Positions 47,712 through 61,490 of a stretch of DNA of 64,000 bases are shown piece after piece. This DNA is from Vitrella brassicaformis CCMP3155. Taxonomy: Eukaryota; Protista; Chromerida. The notes under the pieces are model-generated. The model did no database searches. It was not told the origin of the DNA and saw only the letters and a program-made list of their open reading frames with translations. The stretch spans positions 1-64,000 of the forward strand of contig CDMY01000425.1 in the NCBI GenBank assembly GCA_001179505.1, read 5' to 3'. A program made the translations under genes and the position numbers. Position 1 is the stretch's first letter. Each line of letters begins with the position of its first letter.

Positions 47712-50457
47712 ATGGACTTGTCGCCCCGCGAGCGCCTGCACCGCTTCAAGACACACCCCTCGAGCATTGCAAGTAAGCCAGTGTGAAGCATTGACGCATG
47801 CAGGCCTCCTCGTCACGTCACCCTCTTGATGTGCTGTTGTCTGTCCGCCCTGGTCTCACGCAGCCGTCCTGTGCTCGGCGCTGAAGGAGCATGACAAGCA
47901 TCACCGAGGACTCGTGTCGGCTTCGGCCTTCTCCAGGACACTGCACAACTTGGGGTTGAAATTTGGGAGCGCGGAAGTTGATGGGATCATGGAGGTACGC
48001 ATTGCATGCAAGAGAGAAATGAATGAGGACGCCGACGTCACTGACGGCTGCCTCCCCACCTGTCTGTCTGTCTGTCTGTCTGTCAGCAATGTGTGGTGAC
48101 TGAAGACGGGTATGTCCATTACAAGCCGCTGCTCGACGCCGTGAGACCTGAGAAGCCCATGGCGGCCCGCTCGTCTGCGCGGGATGCAATTAGTCCAGTC
48201 TATTTAGACGAGGCCGACGTGTTTGACCGCACATCGCCGCCCCTGCAGGGGTGCGCGCCGCCTGACCTCGACATGACACACCCCGCTGTAAGTTAACTAA
48301 GTTCACATGTGTCTGGTTGACCCATTTACATATTCGATTCCGCACTCTGGTCTGTCTGTCTGTTTGTCTGTTTGTTTGCAGGCCATTCGATTTCTCGTGG
48401 CGGCCAAGTCGCCAGACATCAGGAAGATATTCGCAGTGTGGGATCGGTGAGGGAGGGATAGCATAGCGACACAACACGCGGGGGGGCAGGGCACCTTTCA
48501 TTTGTGTGTCGTGTGGTGCGGCCTGTGTGTGTGTGTGCTTTTTGTGTCGGTGCAGGGGCGCCATCGATGACGCCACGTTTCGTGCCAAGGTAGAGGAGTT
48601 GGGAGTGCCCGTGACGCAGGAGTTTGACCGGCTGCTGACCATTTACGGCCCCAGCCGTGCACTGAGGTACAGCTTGAGTGTGTGTGTGAGCGCGTGAGCG
48701 TGAGAGTGAGTGTGTGGATACTTCGTGAGTGCGAGTGGCCGATGAGATGAGCATGAGTGTATTTGTCAGCTACGGCAAGGTCATGGCGGCCCTGCAGATC
48801 AATGACGTGACCGAGCGCAAGACGCGCAGCAATGCCGCTGATGTTGTCGGCCAGCCGGTACGCAGCACAGGTGGAGGGACGGGTGAATGGATGGATGGAT
48901 GGATGGAGGTTTTGACGCCACTTCTTTCTTTCCCTTGTTGTCCTCGGCCAGAGCCCTCCTCGCTACCGCCCTCAGACCTCGTTCAAGGACCCCATAACCT
49001 GGCAGAATGACACCTACTTCCAGGTCAGCACACACACACACACACACACACTTACACATGAAGGTTCAAAACACCAATCATCCTGTCTGTCGACTGGCTC
49101 GTTGAATGATTCATTCATTTGTTGACTCATCCATCGATCAGAATCTCAAGAGCGGCCGCCGCATCTACAACAAGGCCATGCTGCAGCCCTCTCCCCGCGT
49201 CCCCTACGGTGTGAAGGACCAGTCGCCCATACCCTCGGCCGCCGACCACGAGGCCGTCACCAAGCGAGTCGCCGACTTCGTTGACGGCGTCATCAGCGCC
49301 ATCGTCTTCCGCACCGAGCTGCAGCGGCTGGGCGTGACGGTGACGCCGCCGCTTGAGCAGCTCATCCGGCAGCACGACCTCCACCAGTCGGTCCCCTTCC
49401 GCGACTTCATGCGAGTGCTGACCAAACCTGGCGCAGAGATCGAGGGAGGAGAGGCTAGCGCTGCTGGGTTGGAGCCTGGTGAGGGTGCGGGGCCAGGAGG
49501 GGCCAAGCTCATGCCTGCATCAGCGCCGACCAAGATAGATCCGTCTCAGATGCCGGCGTGTGGCGGCAAGACCCCCAAGAACGCCTTCGATTCGACTGAG
49601 AACATCCTCTCATGGGGCGTCAGGGGCGAGGGCGAGGAGGTGGGCGTCACGGCACCGCGCACGACCAAGGGCGAGGGCTACCGTCCCCCGCCCTTTGCCA
49701 TCGATCAAGGCCAGCAGCAGGTGGGGGAGGAGGGAGGCTGTGCCACCACTGGCCGCCGGCACGCCCTGCACCACTACCGTCCCCCGCCATTCGCCATCGA
49801 AGGCCACGACGGCCTTCCCCAGGCACCAGGCACCTCCTCTCCCCCGCCAGGCAGCGCCGGCAAGGAGTGGACTTCCAGGGCGATGCAAGTGAGAGAGAGG
49901 GGCGGAGAGAGGGAGGGAGGGCCTACGTACACACACAGGTGCACACCGGAGGGGACGGGGACGGACTCATGAGGTTTGTTGCCTGTGTGTGTGGTGCATC
50001 CATCCATTGCATGTTGATGAAGAACTACGGCGACATAATTGGCTGGACCGCCCAGCCAAGTGAGTATGAGATGGATATGGATGGAACGATGTGTGCGTCA
50101 ATCAATCGGCGTCTGTCTGTCTGTCTGCCTGCAGCAAGGCCCGACATCGTGTCAGCCCCCACACGGGCCTTGGACGACAAGGCCAAGGCGCCCCGTGGCC
50201 AGTACGTGTGGCAGCGCTCGTCTGACATAATCAGTTGGGGAAATGAGGACCCGGGGGTGTTCAGCCGGGGGAGGCGTCGCTTTTTGCCATTGGGGGAGGA
50301 GTGCCCCTTCGGCACGGACGCCGACGTAGCGAGGAGGGACGTGCCGCCTGCAGCAGCAGCAGCAGCTTCAGACCTGGAACGGCTAGGGGCCGAGGTGGGC
50401 GAGGAGGCGAATGATATAGGGGATGGTCAGGGTGGGGCGGTGGTCGAAAGTGCGTGA
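47712..50457 (+). CDS. EF-hand-like protein with repeated short D-I-I-x-W and PFA/PFG motifs, unknown function
   Basis: EHDKHHRGLVSASAFSRTLHNLG and IRKIFAVWDRGAIDDATF (degenerate EF-hand-like); DPITW, ENILSW, GDIIGW, SDIISW; RPPPFAI x2; CPFGTD. Confidence 0.65.
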
Positions 50458-50459
50458 GG

Positions 50460-53400
50460 GGCGGCTAGGGAGAATTCGCGAGATAGACAAGCTCAGCTGG
50501 CTGCCGCTGCCTGCCTGCCTGCATGGCATGGATGGGTGGACGAGTGAATGAGAGACACTGATCGATCGATGGGATGAACTTCCAAGGAATATGCGTTGAT
50601 TGGTTCCGTCGTTCGTTCGTTCGTTCGTTCGTTCGGTTGGCAATAGCACGCAGCCATCCATCCATCCATCCATCGCACGGCATGCAGTCACGTCACCACA
50701 ACCAACCAGCACCCACACCACCACACTGCCACCACCATCAGGAAAAAAGTTCCTCTTGATTGAATGGTAGACTGCGCTGCCGCTTGCACGTGCCATTCTA
50801 TGCTATGCTATGCTATGCGATGCTCTGCAATGCTCTGCAAGCCCTTCCCCTCCGGCCTATTCTTCCAACCGACCGCAGCACACGACACGCAGACAGAAAG
50901 ACGAGACGCACGGGCAGCACACTTCAATTCCTTCCTTTGCTTCACCTTATCCTCGCACAGCACACACACGGACGGACGGACGAGTCAGGGGCATCTGTCA
51001 GGCAAGGCAAGCACGGGCAGTCAGCGAGCGACACGAGCATCGATCGCTTTCTTGGACAGGGATGACATGACTGACTGGAGGGAGGAAGGGACCGGGCCGA
51101 TCGACCGACGTGTTGGTTGAAAAACAAACAGCACCCCACACCACCACATGCCACACGTGCCACACGCCCACACAAACACAAACCCAAACACACACACACG
51201 ACAATCAATCGTCTTAGGGCCGAGCCGAGAGCAAGCACCACACACAGCCAGCGAGACGGGCACACTCACTCACACGGACGGAGAGGCAAGAGGCAACCTA
51301 GGGCCCAGCGATCACGTCCATCCATCCATCCATCCACATGAACCAGACAGAGAGTGAGCGAGCGCGGACCCAATCAACACACAGGCCGACCAACCAACCA
51401 AACCAAAGCAAGGCAAGGCGAGGCAAGGCGAGGAAACCAAGGATGAGATGAGACGAGAAAGACGTGATCGGGTGATGGATGACAAGACGGGATGGGGATG
51501 GCCATGTGCTGCGGGTGAGTCGATGCGAGCATAGCACGTGTGAGCAAAAATCACTGCGACCGAGTGACGACCCGACTCGTCCCGCCCCGCCCCTGTGCGC
51601 ACGAAGGAGAGAATGAGGCCGAGAAAGAACCCATGAATGGTGCGGTAGTGCGGTTCCGTGGTGAGAGGGTGCAGCAGAGGGCCGGTGGGGGTGTGTCCGT
51701 GTGTGGGTGACATGACAGACCATCCATCCATCCATCCAGCCAGCCAGCCGGACACGCATGCAGTGAGAGAAGAGGGGCAGTGTAGTGTGTCTTTTGAGTA
51801 ATTACATCTTGGGCACCCCGCACCCCTCCCCACACCACAGACACACACACACACACCTTTTCTTTCATCCCTTCCGTAAGTCGATCGATCAATTACAGCA
51901 CTGCACCTGCACCACGGGAGGGGAGGGAGGAATGCAACCGACCAAGAAACAAAGACAGAAAACTGCACATCACATCAATCAGATCCATGTCAGTCAGTCA
52001 TGTCGCCGCCACCGTTCACACACACTTCAACCACCAGCAACATACAAACAACTGACCTTCCGTACCTTGCTTATAACCTTGATAAAGGTCTGTCTGTGTC
52101 GTGTGGTGGGGGGCATGGCATGAGCCAAGACAGAGATGGGCCTTACTGTAGTGCGGTGTGGGTGTGGTGTGGTGTGGGGTGCGACGTCACGTACGTCAAT
52201 TGACTGGCAAAGCCTGGCTGATCCATCCAACCCTCCCTCCCTCCCCCGTGTGCCATTCATGGTATCAATCCCTACCCCCCATGTGTGTGTGTGTGTGGCA
52301 AAACTGCAGGAAGATGCGTGGATGGATGGATGTATGGATGGATGGACACACATGCTTGCGGGCATTGCATTGATCACGCAACCGTACCGTGTGTGTGTAT
52401 GTGTGGTGATGGTGTGTCATGCATGGGTGACATGGAACACTTCGTTACTTACGTACCTGCCGTACCGTACCTGTCCTCCCCTCCCTCCTTACCTACCACG
52501 CCACGCCACGCACACTCGGGTGTAGTGTTACAAAAAGTTGACTGTCGATCGAAACGGACGGTGGTGTGAACGCCACGCACGCTGCTTCATTCATGTCAGC
52601 CACACACAGGCAAGTAGACCGCGCCCCCACAGTACAGCAAGACAAGACAGCAGCCAGTCACCACACCAGACCAACCTGAACGCAAAAATCCCCTGCCTTG
52701 AGGTAGGACGACCTCGCGTAGCTCCTTGCCTGCCCTGCCTGCGTACGTCCACGGGGGGATGGTATGGTGCAGGGAGAGGGAGAGAGAGAGAGATGGGTGG
52801 GTAGTGGGGAAATACACTTTTGTGCATCGTAGGTCAGACAGAGGGGCGGAGACGCGCAGAGCAAGCCGCGCAGACAGACAGACAGACAGACAAGTAGCCA
52901 GGAGAAGGAGGACAGACAGGCTGACAAAGTAGGCAGCTTTGGCTCACAGGAAGAGAGAGACAACGGACAGGGGTGAGAGAGGGAGAGAGGGACACAGAGA
53001 GGGAGTACCTGCCTGACAAACCAACACATTCGATTCGGTTCAGCAAACAAACAGAAAAGATCGAGCAAGACAAGACCCCACCGCGCAAACGCACCACCCC
53101 CACTTATCATCCATCTGTGGCAATCAATGGCCATGCATAGCATGCAGCTGCCCACTTGTCTGCCCATCCATCCATCCATCCATCCACTCGCGGATTGAAT
53201 TACCCAAATACGCACGTTTTGAATTACAGTGGTTCGCCCGCTCGAGTGGGTGAGTGAGTGGTGGTGGGGTCATTGTCACATCACATCTATCACACGTAGG
53301 CCAGGCCTGACTCGGTGCCATCCATCCATCCATTCTTGTACGACGGTGTACCTGCCTGTCTGTCTGTTCTTCTGTCGGCTGTCAAGCGATCGATCCACCC

Positions 53401-53685
53401 ATCCCATGCAGATGATCATGTCCACGGACACAGACACAGACACGGACACGGACACAAAGCTGCGTGCATCACTGCACTGCATTCGCTGGCCAGTAAGTGA
53501 GGGGGTGGGTGGTTGAAACACGCACGCGCAGCGCACAAGACAGTGGCTGCCTCGCTGTCGTGTTGTTTGTGCTGGTGGTGGTTGGGGTCTCTTCTCTGTC
53601 TACCTGTCTACCTGTCTGTCTACCTGTGCGTCTGGTGAGAGTCGCGACTGGCTGAGCTCCGACGTCTGACTGACTGATGGGAACG

Positions 53686-53716
<31 letters not shown>

Positions 53717-56700
53717 AGAGCCAGACCGACCGACTAAGCGCCTATCTTGATAATGCCACTAGGTGGGGTTGGGTGACTTGACTGAATGACTGACTAGGCT
53801 TTCTCCCTCTGTCCCCTTCCTCCCTGCATCCCTTGCTTGTCTTCCCCTCCTTGGCTCTTCTTTCTTCGCTTTGGGCAGTGACTGACTCGCCGCCGGCCGA
53901 AAGAAGAAGGCTTCCACAAACGGACATACACATGGACACGGACACGGACACAGACACGGATGCATTGATTGCATTGATTGCATGTGTGCTTCCATCAAGA
54001 CAAAGAGAGAGACGCTTGTTGGCCATCCATCCATCCATCAGTATCATGCGCATTGACGAATAAACGATTCGACGGTAAAGTAGGCACGCACACACCCACG
54101 CAATGCAAGGAAAGGAGAGGAAAAGTGAGCAAGAGCGAGCAAGTGACACCAACCACCCAAAGCCAGCCCAGCCACTGGGCAAGTAGTTAGTAGGGAGTGA
54201 CCGGAGCTTTTGTACGAAGCTCTCTCTCCCTCTCTACCTCCCTCCCTCCCTCTCCGTCACATTCAGCCACCCACCCACATTGTCTCCCCTCTCTCCAGCC
54301 CCCCTCCTCTTGGTAGCAGCATCGCGCGTAGCAGATAACTAGGTGACACGAATGGAATGAACGGAGAGCCAGTGGGTGAGTGAGTCAGTCGACATTGCAT
54401 GCACACCTGAAGAGAGAAGAGTACGGTAGGAAGGCAGGGAGCAGAAAAGGCAATGTCTGATGGGAAAATTTCGCGCGCCGGTGTCTTGTCTGTCAGACTA
54501 GATGCGTCGGTTAGAAATGAAATCCATGGGCCACATCGATGATGGTCGAGGACATAGTGGGCCGGCCACACACAGCATGAATGAAGGATGAATGAAACAT
54601 GAAAGCAAAAATAGCAACAAACAGCGACACACAAAACGTCACGTGACAGAGACAAAGAAAGCAATTGGCATTGGCTACATAATACGACTTACCCGCGCCC
54701 GCCCGCCCGCCCGCCCACCCCNNNNNNNNNNNNNNNNNNNNNNNNNNNNNNNNNNNNNNNNNNNNNNNNNNNNNNNNNNNNNNNNNNNNNNNNNNNNNNN
54801 NNNNNNNNNNNNNNNNNNNNNNNNNNNNNNNNNNNNNNNNNNNNNNNNNNNNNNNNNNNNNNNNNNNNNNNNNNNNNNNNNNNNNNNNNNNNNNNNNNNN
54901 NNNNNNNNNNNNNNNNNNNNNNNNNNNNNNNNNNNNNNNNNNNNNNNNNNNNNNNNNNNNNNNNNNNNNNNNNNNNNNNNNNNNNNNNNNNNNNNNNNNN
55001 NNNNNNNNNNNNNNNNNNNNNCACCCGCCCCGTATATGATGATGCCACGACACACACTCACACGTGATGGGCTGGCAGGGATGAGACCAATGTCTCACCG
55101 GCCCTTGCTAACTGTCACACTCGGGGTTCAGTCCGTTGGTATTCGGCCCTCGCTCACACACGCACACGCACACACATACACACACGGTCACGCGCTTAGA
55201 AAACCCGGTGAGGTGAGTTGTGTGTGAGGGGGGGACGGAGGAGATGAGGGGGGAAGGGGAAAAAGCTCCCTTTCTTCCTGGCCGTCGTGTCGTGTCGCTT
55301 TCTGCCTGCCTGGGCTGCTGCAGGGGGGTACATGAATGACCAGGTAGCAGCATACGTACGAGCAGCCACCCATAGAGTGGGTGGGGGACGGTGGGGTGGG
55401 GTGGGGGCAGCGAGCGTACAAGTAGCAGAGCAAAGGCACTTGGTGCGTGTGTATTGGGGGTCGGGGGGGTGGGGGAAAAGTGGGAAATTCGTTGGTCCGT
55501 TTGTTCGAGTCGGGCAGCGCAGGTAAGGTAAGCAGGTAGGTGCGTGTGGACGTACCGTACCCATACAACAGAAGGAAGGCAAAGCAGAGACAGCACACAA
55601 GACAAGACCGGCTCTCTGTCTGTTGTCCCCTCTCTCTCTCTCGTACGAAGGCCGTCAGCATAGCATAGCATAGCATAAGTAGATGAGCACAGCACAGATG
55701 GCACATGTGTGCCTTGGTTGGTTGCTTGATTCATTAACAAATACGCAGCCAGCCAGCATGAGTATACCAATCACCGATGCGATGCGATGCGATGCGATGC
55801 GATGCAATGCAATGAATGCAATGAATGCAATGGATGTAGCCAAGCACCAACACAGCAACAACACAGCAACACAGCTACCGGCCTACGTACCGCACCTACC
55901 CACTTGCTGAAAATCTGTCGGTCTGTCTCTCTGTCTGTCTGGTGCCCCCCGCCACGGTTTTTGCAGGCAGGAGGCACACGGTGTCCATCAGTAGAGTGGA
56001 GAGAGAAGTGGCCAAAACGCACGCACGGAGAACGTGTCCACGTACACACTTGCGCAAGAAAGACTGACTGGACGGAAGAGATCTGTCCACAGGCCCATCA
56101 ATGGGTATCGGTAGGTGGGCGGGTGCGATGGTTTGGGTGGCCGTCCCCCCCTCCTCTCCCTCCCCCCCCCCCCCCCCCCCCCCCCCCGATACAAAAATAG
56201 GAAAACCGTGCTCTCATCCCATCCGCGGCAAGTAGCTTATATAAGATAGGCACTCCCCTGTCCCTGTGTTACACATCTATCTATGTGTGTAGTGGGTGGG
56301 GATCGTACGGATGAGTGTGGATGTGCGAATGCAATGAAATGTTGCCTTACTTACGGGTGGGGTGAGCACGGCGACCCAACAAATGGACATCATGTGAACA
56401 GTGGTGGCGAACATGCATGTGTGGGAATGTACGCAGCCAGCCATCCGGCCAGCCAGCCAGTCCCTTCAAAGACCCGACCCGCCTCGCCCCCCAATTCACG
56501 AAATCAGTGACTCACTTGACAAGCCAGCCCAAAACAGGCAGCCAGCCAGGCAGGCAGGCGGACAGGTGGCAAGTATGTATGTACGGACATGAACCGGTCG
56601 ATCGAGTGCCCGCCCGCCCGCCCATAAAGTGTTCCGCCCTGCACCCCACCCCTCCCCTCCCTGCCAAAACACGCCATCCGAACTGCCGTCCGTCTTGGCG

Positions 56701-59700
56701 TTGTCTCTCGTGCGCCCCGCCCCCTGCTGTGCTGTGCTGTAGCAAAACCCCCTCCCTGTGGCTGCTGCTGCTGCGTGAAGCCTGCAGATTGTCACATAGC
56801 GTGCAATGGTACATACGATCGGTCGATGTATGTCCCGTTGCGTTGGTCTGTGCAGCCGACAAGGAGAGGCGAGAGAGAAGGCACGGCAGGCAGGCAGGCT
56901 GGCATGCAGATAGTAAGTAGGTATAGGTAAGTAGGTAGGTAGTCGATGAGATGATACAAATACGGTCAGTCGAATCGAATCAATGTGTGTGGGAACTAGT
57001 CAGTTCCTGCTCTCCCCTCTCCCCCCCTCTCCCTCCCTCCCTCCCTCTCTCTCTGTGTGTGTACAGGCTGGTCGTGGGGTTGCGGATGCAGCAGGTTGCG
57101 GATGCAGCAGCGTGCAGGAAAGTGTGGCTACTCAATGAATACACATTGTCCATTCAACACGTCACGCACCCAACCCACCCTCCCCATCCCCACGCCCACA
57201 CGAAATACGTGCTAGTCAGCTAGTCAGTCAGTGAGAGCCATCACACAACACACCCAGCGAGTGTCCCCCCGACCGCACACTTACACGCGAGAAGGAGAGT
57301 AAGCTTAGGCAGCCTCAGGACGGCAGGCAGGGAGGCAGTTACTAGGCACACACCACACTACGGACAGACACACACAGAGAGAGAGAGAGAGTTAGTTGGC
57401 GAGCAAGTAGAATACCCCTTGATTGACCAGTCGATTGGACACCGGTGGGTTGAGTTGGTTTGGTGTGACCGACAGCAGCGACGCAGACCGACCCGACTAC
57501 GAACGAACACACGGCACACACGGCACGACAGACACGGCACTTCACGGCACTCAGGAACACAGCTAGCCTAGCACAGCACAGCTGTGCTAGCTTAGCTGCG
57601 CAGGAATGAATCGACGAACGAACGAGACGATGTTAATGCTGAAAAAGCTGAAAAAGAGACATTCAATCCATCCATCAGACGCCACCCCGCTTGCTTTGCC
57701 CGGCCGATCCGTCTGTATGCAATACAGACACATGCGATGCAGCCTGGTCGGTCGGTCGGTCGGTGCTGAATCGAATCAGATATACACACAAACAAAACCA
57801 CACATCCATCCATCCACACACGAGACACGACAGAGTGGCCCTTCAAACAGTCGAGTCGACAGACAGTGAGTGAGTGAGTGACACCAATACAGCAAGGAAG
57901 CAAGTACGAGAGAGGAAGAGGTTTCCGCCTGTCGTGTAGTTGGGTGATAGTAGCTAGCTAGCTACACAAATACGATCGACACAGCGAGGAGAGCATCACA
58001 CACTAGTCAGGCGCCTTCCATCCATCCATCCATCCAGGAGAGAGAGAGAGTGAGTGAAGGAGGCGAGAGAGAGGCGAGCGAGACGAGAAGAGGCGTGCGG
58101 CCGAGCAGCACTCTCTCCCTCCCCGACTCGCCATCTGTGGGACAAACAACATATCAGCAGTTCGCAGAGATCGGCTGGAGGCAGGCAGGGAAGCTGGCAG
58201 CAAGTGTGGTGAGTGAACACGGTGGTAAACAAAGTCTGTCTGAGCGGAGCGGAAGGGAAGCAACGGAGGCAACAGAGGGGAGCCAATGGCCGCTCCCGCC
58301 ACGTCATGGACAAACTCTGTCGGTTTACTACAAATACAAACCACACACACACACGCACGGACAGCAAATGCAGGAAAAAAACATAACACAACACAGATAC
58401 ACTTTCACTTCACACACACATACTCATACTCATACGCCGCCGAATCGCCTCGCTCGGCTCTCAAAAGGAAAAATCCCAACTCAAGTCTGGTCTGTCCGGC
58501 CGTCTCCGTCTCGTCACAAATGTGCTGCCCCTGCCCCCGCCACCTGGCTGACACACAGGGCAAAGGCAACAAGAAGAAGACGCAGGCAGGTAGGCACACA
58601 GGTAGGTTGGCATAACCAACGGACAAACGGGGCAATGGGCTGCTTGGTTGGTCTCTGGTTCCTAAATGGTCTCCCCCGCCCTCCCTCCCTCCTTGCCTCT
58701 CTCGGATGCACACAAACAGGTAGATCCTCGAGACGGACAAGGGATGGGAGGAGCGCCGAAATACAACCAAACCCAACGCAACGCAACGCCACTCCAGGCC
58801 ACGTCCAAAGCAACCAAACAGCAGCCAGACAGCCAGACGAACAGAAGAACGAAATGCTGCCCTGTATCGACCAATAGAGATACACACGGGCAGAAAGGAA
58901 AAGAGGAAATCTCTCGCCATATATTCACTCTCATGCATTCAACAAACACGATGGATGATGAATGAAAACTGCTCGTGTACCAGACAGCCAGACCAATCGA
59001 GAGTACACACCACGCGGAAGCCAGCCAGCCAGCCAGCCGGCCGGCCAGGCAGGCCGGCAGCTATGCAGGCAGCAGGACAAGGAAACAAACATGGTACATA
59101 GCAGCACTCAACCAACCAAGAGACCCCCGAGAAAGGGTTAGGTCCAGCGTAGGCTGAGTTCATCCATCCATCCATCCATCAGTAGTGAGGGGAAGAGGGA
59201 AACGCTGATGAATCGAATCCACTACTCACTCAATGGGGAGGGAAGGAATGCAGAAAGGCGTGCGCCATCGGAAGGGAGAAAGGCGCATTGATGTACGGAC
59301 CGGCTCTGGGGTGCAATGCACCGCTGCATGCCACGCACACCCTGTAAGTAGATGTAGGTAGGTAAGCAGGTACGCACACACTCACATGGATGGGATAAAT
59401 AGAGAGACGAAACACGGCGGGCGGCGACACACATCACATCATCTCGCGCTACACAAACGACACACAAACACCATGGCTGTGTGGCTGTGTGTGTCTGTGT
59501 GTCAAGGTTGAGCGGTGTGTGTGTCGCCCGTTCACGACAGGGCGACTTCGCCCATGGCTGCCTGGCAAAAGAGAGAGAGAGAGGCGGTCCGGCCTGGACT
59601 TTCCCAGACAGCGCCCTCACACACGCGTACACTCACAAACGTGGAGGGGGGGAGGGACACACATGATGAGGAGAGAGGATGCAGAGGATGCAGAGGAAGC

Positions 59701-61490
59701 AGTTGAAGCTGCATACTGGAGCGGACAGACAGAGTACAGAGCGAGAAAGCTAGTCACGTCAGTCAGACATACAGACAGAAGCGAGCGAAGAGGGGAAATG
59801 CCAGCCGACAGCGTAGATAGGAGAGACACGCACGATGCTCTGGTACAAATGACAGCCGTACGCACACACACCACACATCACTTATACACCCCGCCCCATT
59901 CGAATGCATCATATCAGCTATCTATCGCAGGCAACCCCATTCACCCACACAACCCCCCCCACCCAGTCCCCCCACATCAATCACATCAGGCAGGGCAGAC
60001 AGAGAGTTGACGAACAAACGCACAGACAGGCGGCGAGGCGAGGCGAGGCAGGCCATGCCATGCTTGTACACCTACATGTATACATGTGATGTGGGCGGCC
60101 CTCGTGTATTCCAGGTCCCCCAGTATCATCCATCTACCATGCATCGATCTGACAGACAGACAGTAAGTGCATACAGCCAGCCAGCCAGTCGTGCTGTCAG
60201 GGATACATGCACACGGTCGGGTCTGTCTGTTGGTAGGAACAGGCGGCCAGGCCAAGAATCCAGCATGTGGATCAGATCAATCATGTGGATAGAGATGCTG
60301 ACGTCGATGGATGGATGCCTCCTTTCTTCCGTCCCGTTCGTCTCTTTTGTTTGTGTCACTGTCTGTCTGTCCGCCCTGACCCTGACCCTCACGGCCGTGG
60401 CGTCGGCTGACTGATGTTTCTGTTCTATCCAGGTGTCTGTCTGTCTGCCCACCCTCCCTCTCCCAATCAGCAGAAGTCAGTAGCACCTGTTGAAGCGCAC
60501 CGCACGCACACACGATAAACATGCAAACCTGCGTAGACGGCATCCGAGCTTACTGTAGCAGCAGAGGCAACGCAGCCATGTATGCCATGGATGGGATGAG
60601 TGGACAAATGGATGTCAGTCAGTGGCCATTCCATGCAGCAAGGCAACGAGGAGAGAGAGTGGGTGTGTATGTATGTATGCGGGCATGTGGGCGTGCGTGT
60701 GGCCAGCGAGTGAGTCATGCAGCAGCTGGGTGAAGGTGTGGCTGTGTGCGAAAACGTGGAATGGCATGTAGGTATGACGTCGTGTGGTGTGGTGTGGTGT
60801 GGTGTGGTGTGGCCGTGGCACGTATGCAGCAGTGGGCAGCCATCAGTAAGTGAGGTAGGCGGCCGAGTGAGCATACGAGGCGAGGCAGCCAGCAACACAG
60901 CACAGAAGAGCAAGGCAGCGTATGAAGTATGCAGTGCGATCCACACTCCCACTCTCGTGTCTACTCTCGTTCCCTCTCTCCTCCCTCCCTCCCTCCCTCC
61001 CTCCCGCCCTCTCGGCTCGTCGTCAGTCAGACAACTGAGGCACCCAATCAATGCTTGCTCTGGCTGCGCTGCATGTGCCCACATGCGGTCGGTCATCAAG
61101 AGGATGCGTATTAAACTAGACAAGACAGACAGACAGGGTGGCGATAAATAGGGACTGGAGATGCATGCATACACATGGACACAGGAAGGCAGGCAGACAG
61201 ACAGACAGACAGGGGAGAGAGAAAGAGACCGCGGGCACGGAACGGAGGCAGCACTGCTCTGTCTGGCGAGAGGGGAGGGGAGGGGGGCCGTTCGTTGTGA
61301 GTGTTGACCGACCCACCGATAGACCCACCACCACTGGACCGCTACAGCTATCCCTCTCTCTCTCTGTACTTATTCGTCATTGCTACGTACGCACCTCCCT
61401 CCCGCCCCCATCAATCATGCATTCACTCATTAGGTAGTGAACATGGACACGTTGCGGGTGTGTCGTGTCGTGTCGCCCGCGTCATGTCAT
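50460..61490. repeat. About 11 kb gene-free tract dominated by short simple repeats (ATCC, GACA, GCAG, CA/TG, AGCC, GCAT units)
   Basis: Only low-complexity ORFs are present and I could not recognise any protein motif. Confidence 0.7.
54722..55021. other. Assembly gap (300 N)
   Basis: Run of N flanked by (CCCG)n repeats. Confidence 1.

Noticed and set aside
53424-53960. Two (GACAC[A/G])n hexamer tracts encoding TDTDTD/VSVSVS
   Set aside because: Simple-repeat variants typical of the tract; no flanking homology suggesting a mobile element.
54511-55227. ORFs spanning 54.5-55.2 kb
   Set aside because: They exist only because Ns contain no stop codons.
56162-56187. Poly-C homopolymer as a G-quadruplex or regulatory element
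   Set aside because: Homopolymer length is unreliable in assemblies and there is no supporting context.
58050-58938. 275-aa and 177-aa ORFs in the gene desert
   Set aside because: Low-complexity and repeat-derived; no splice-consistent exon structure or motif.
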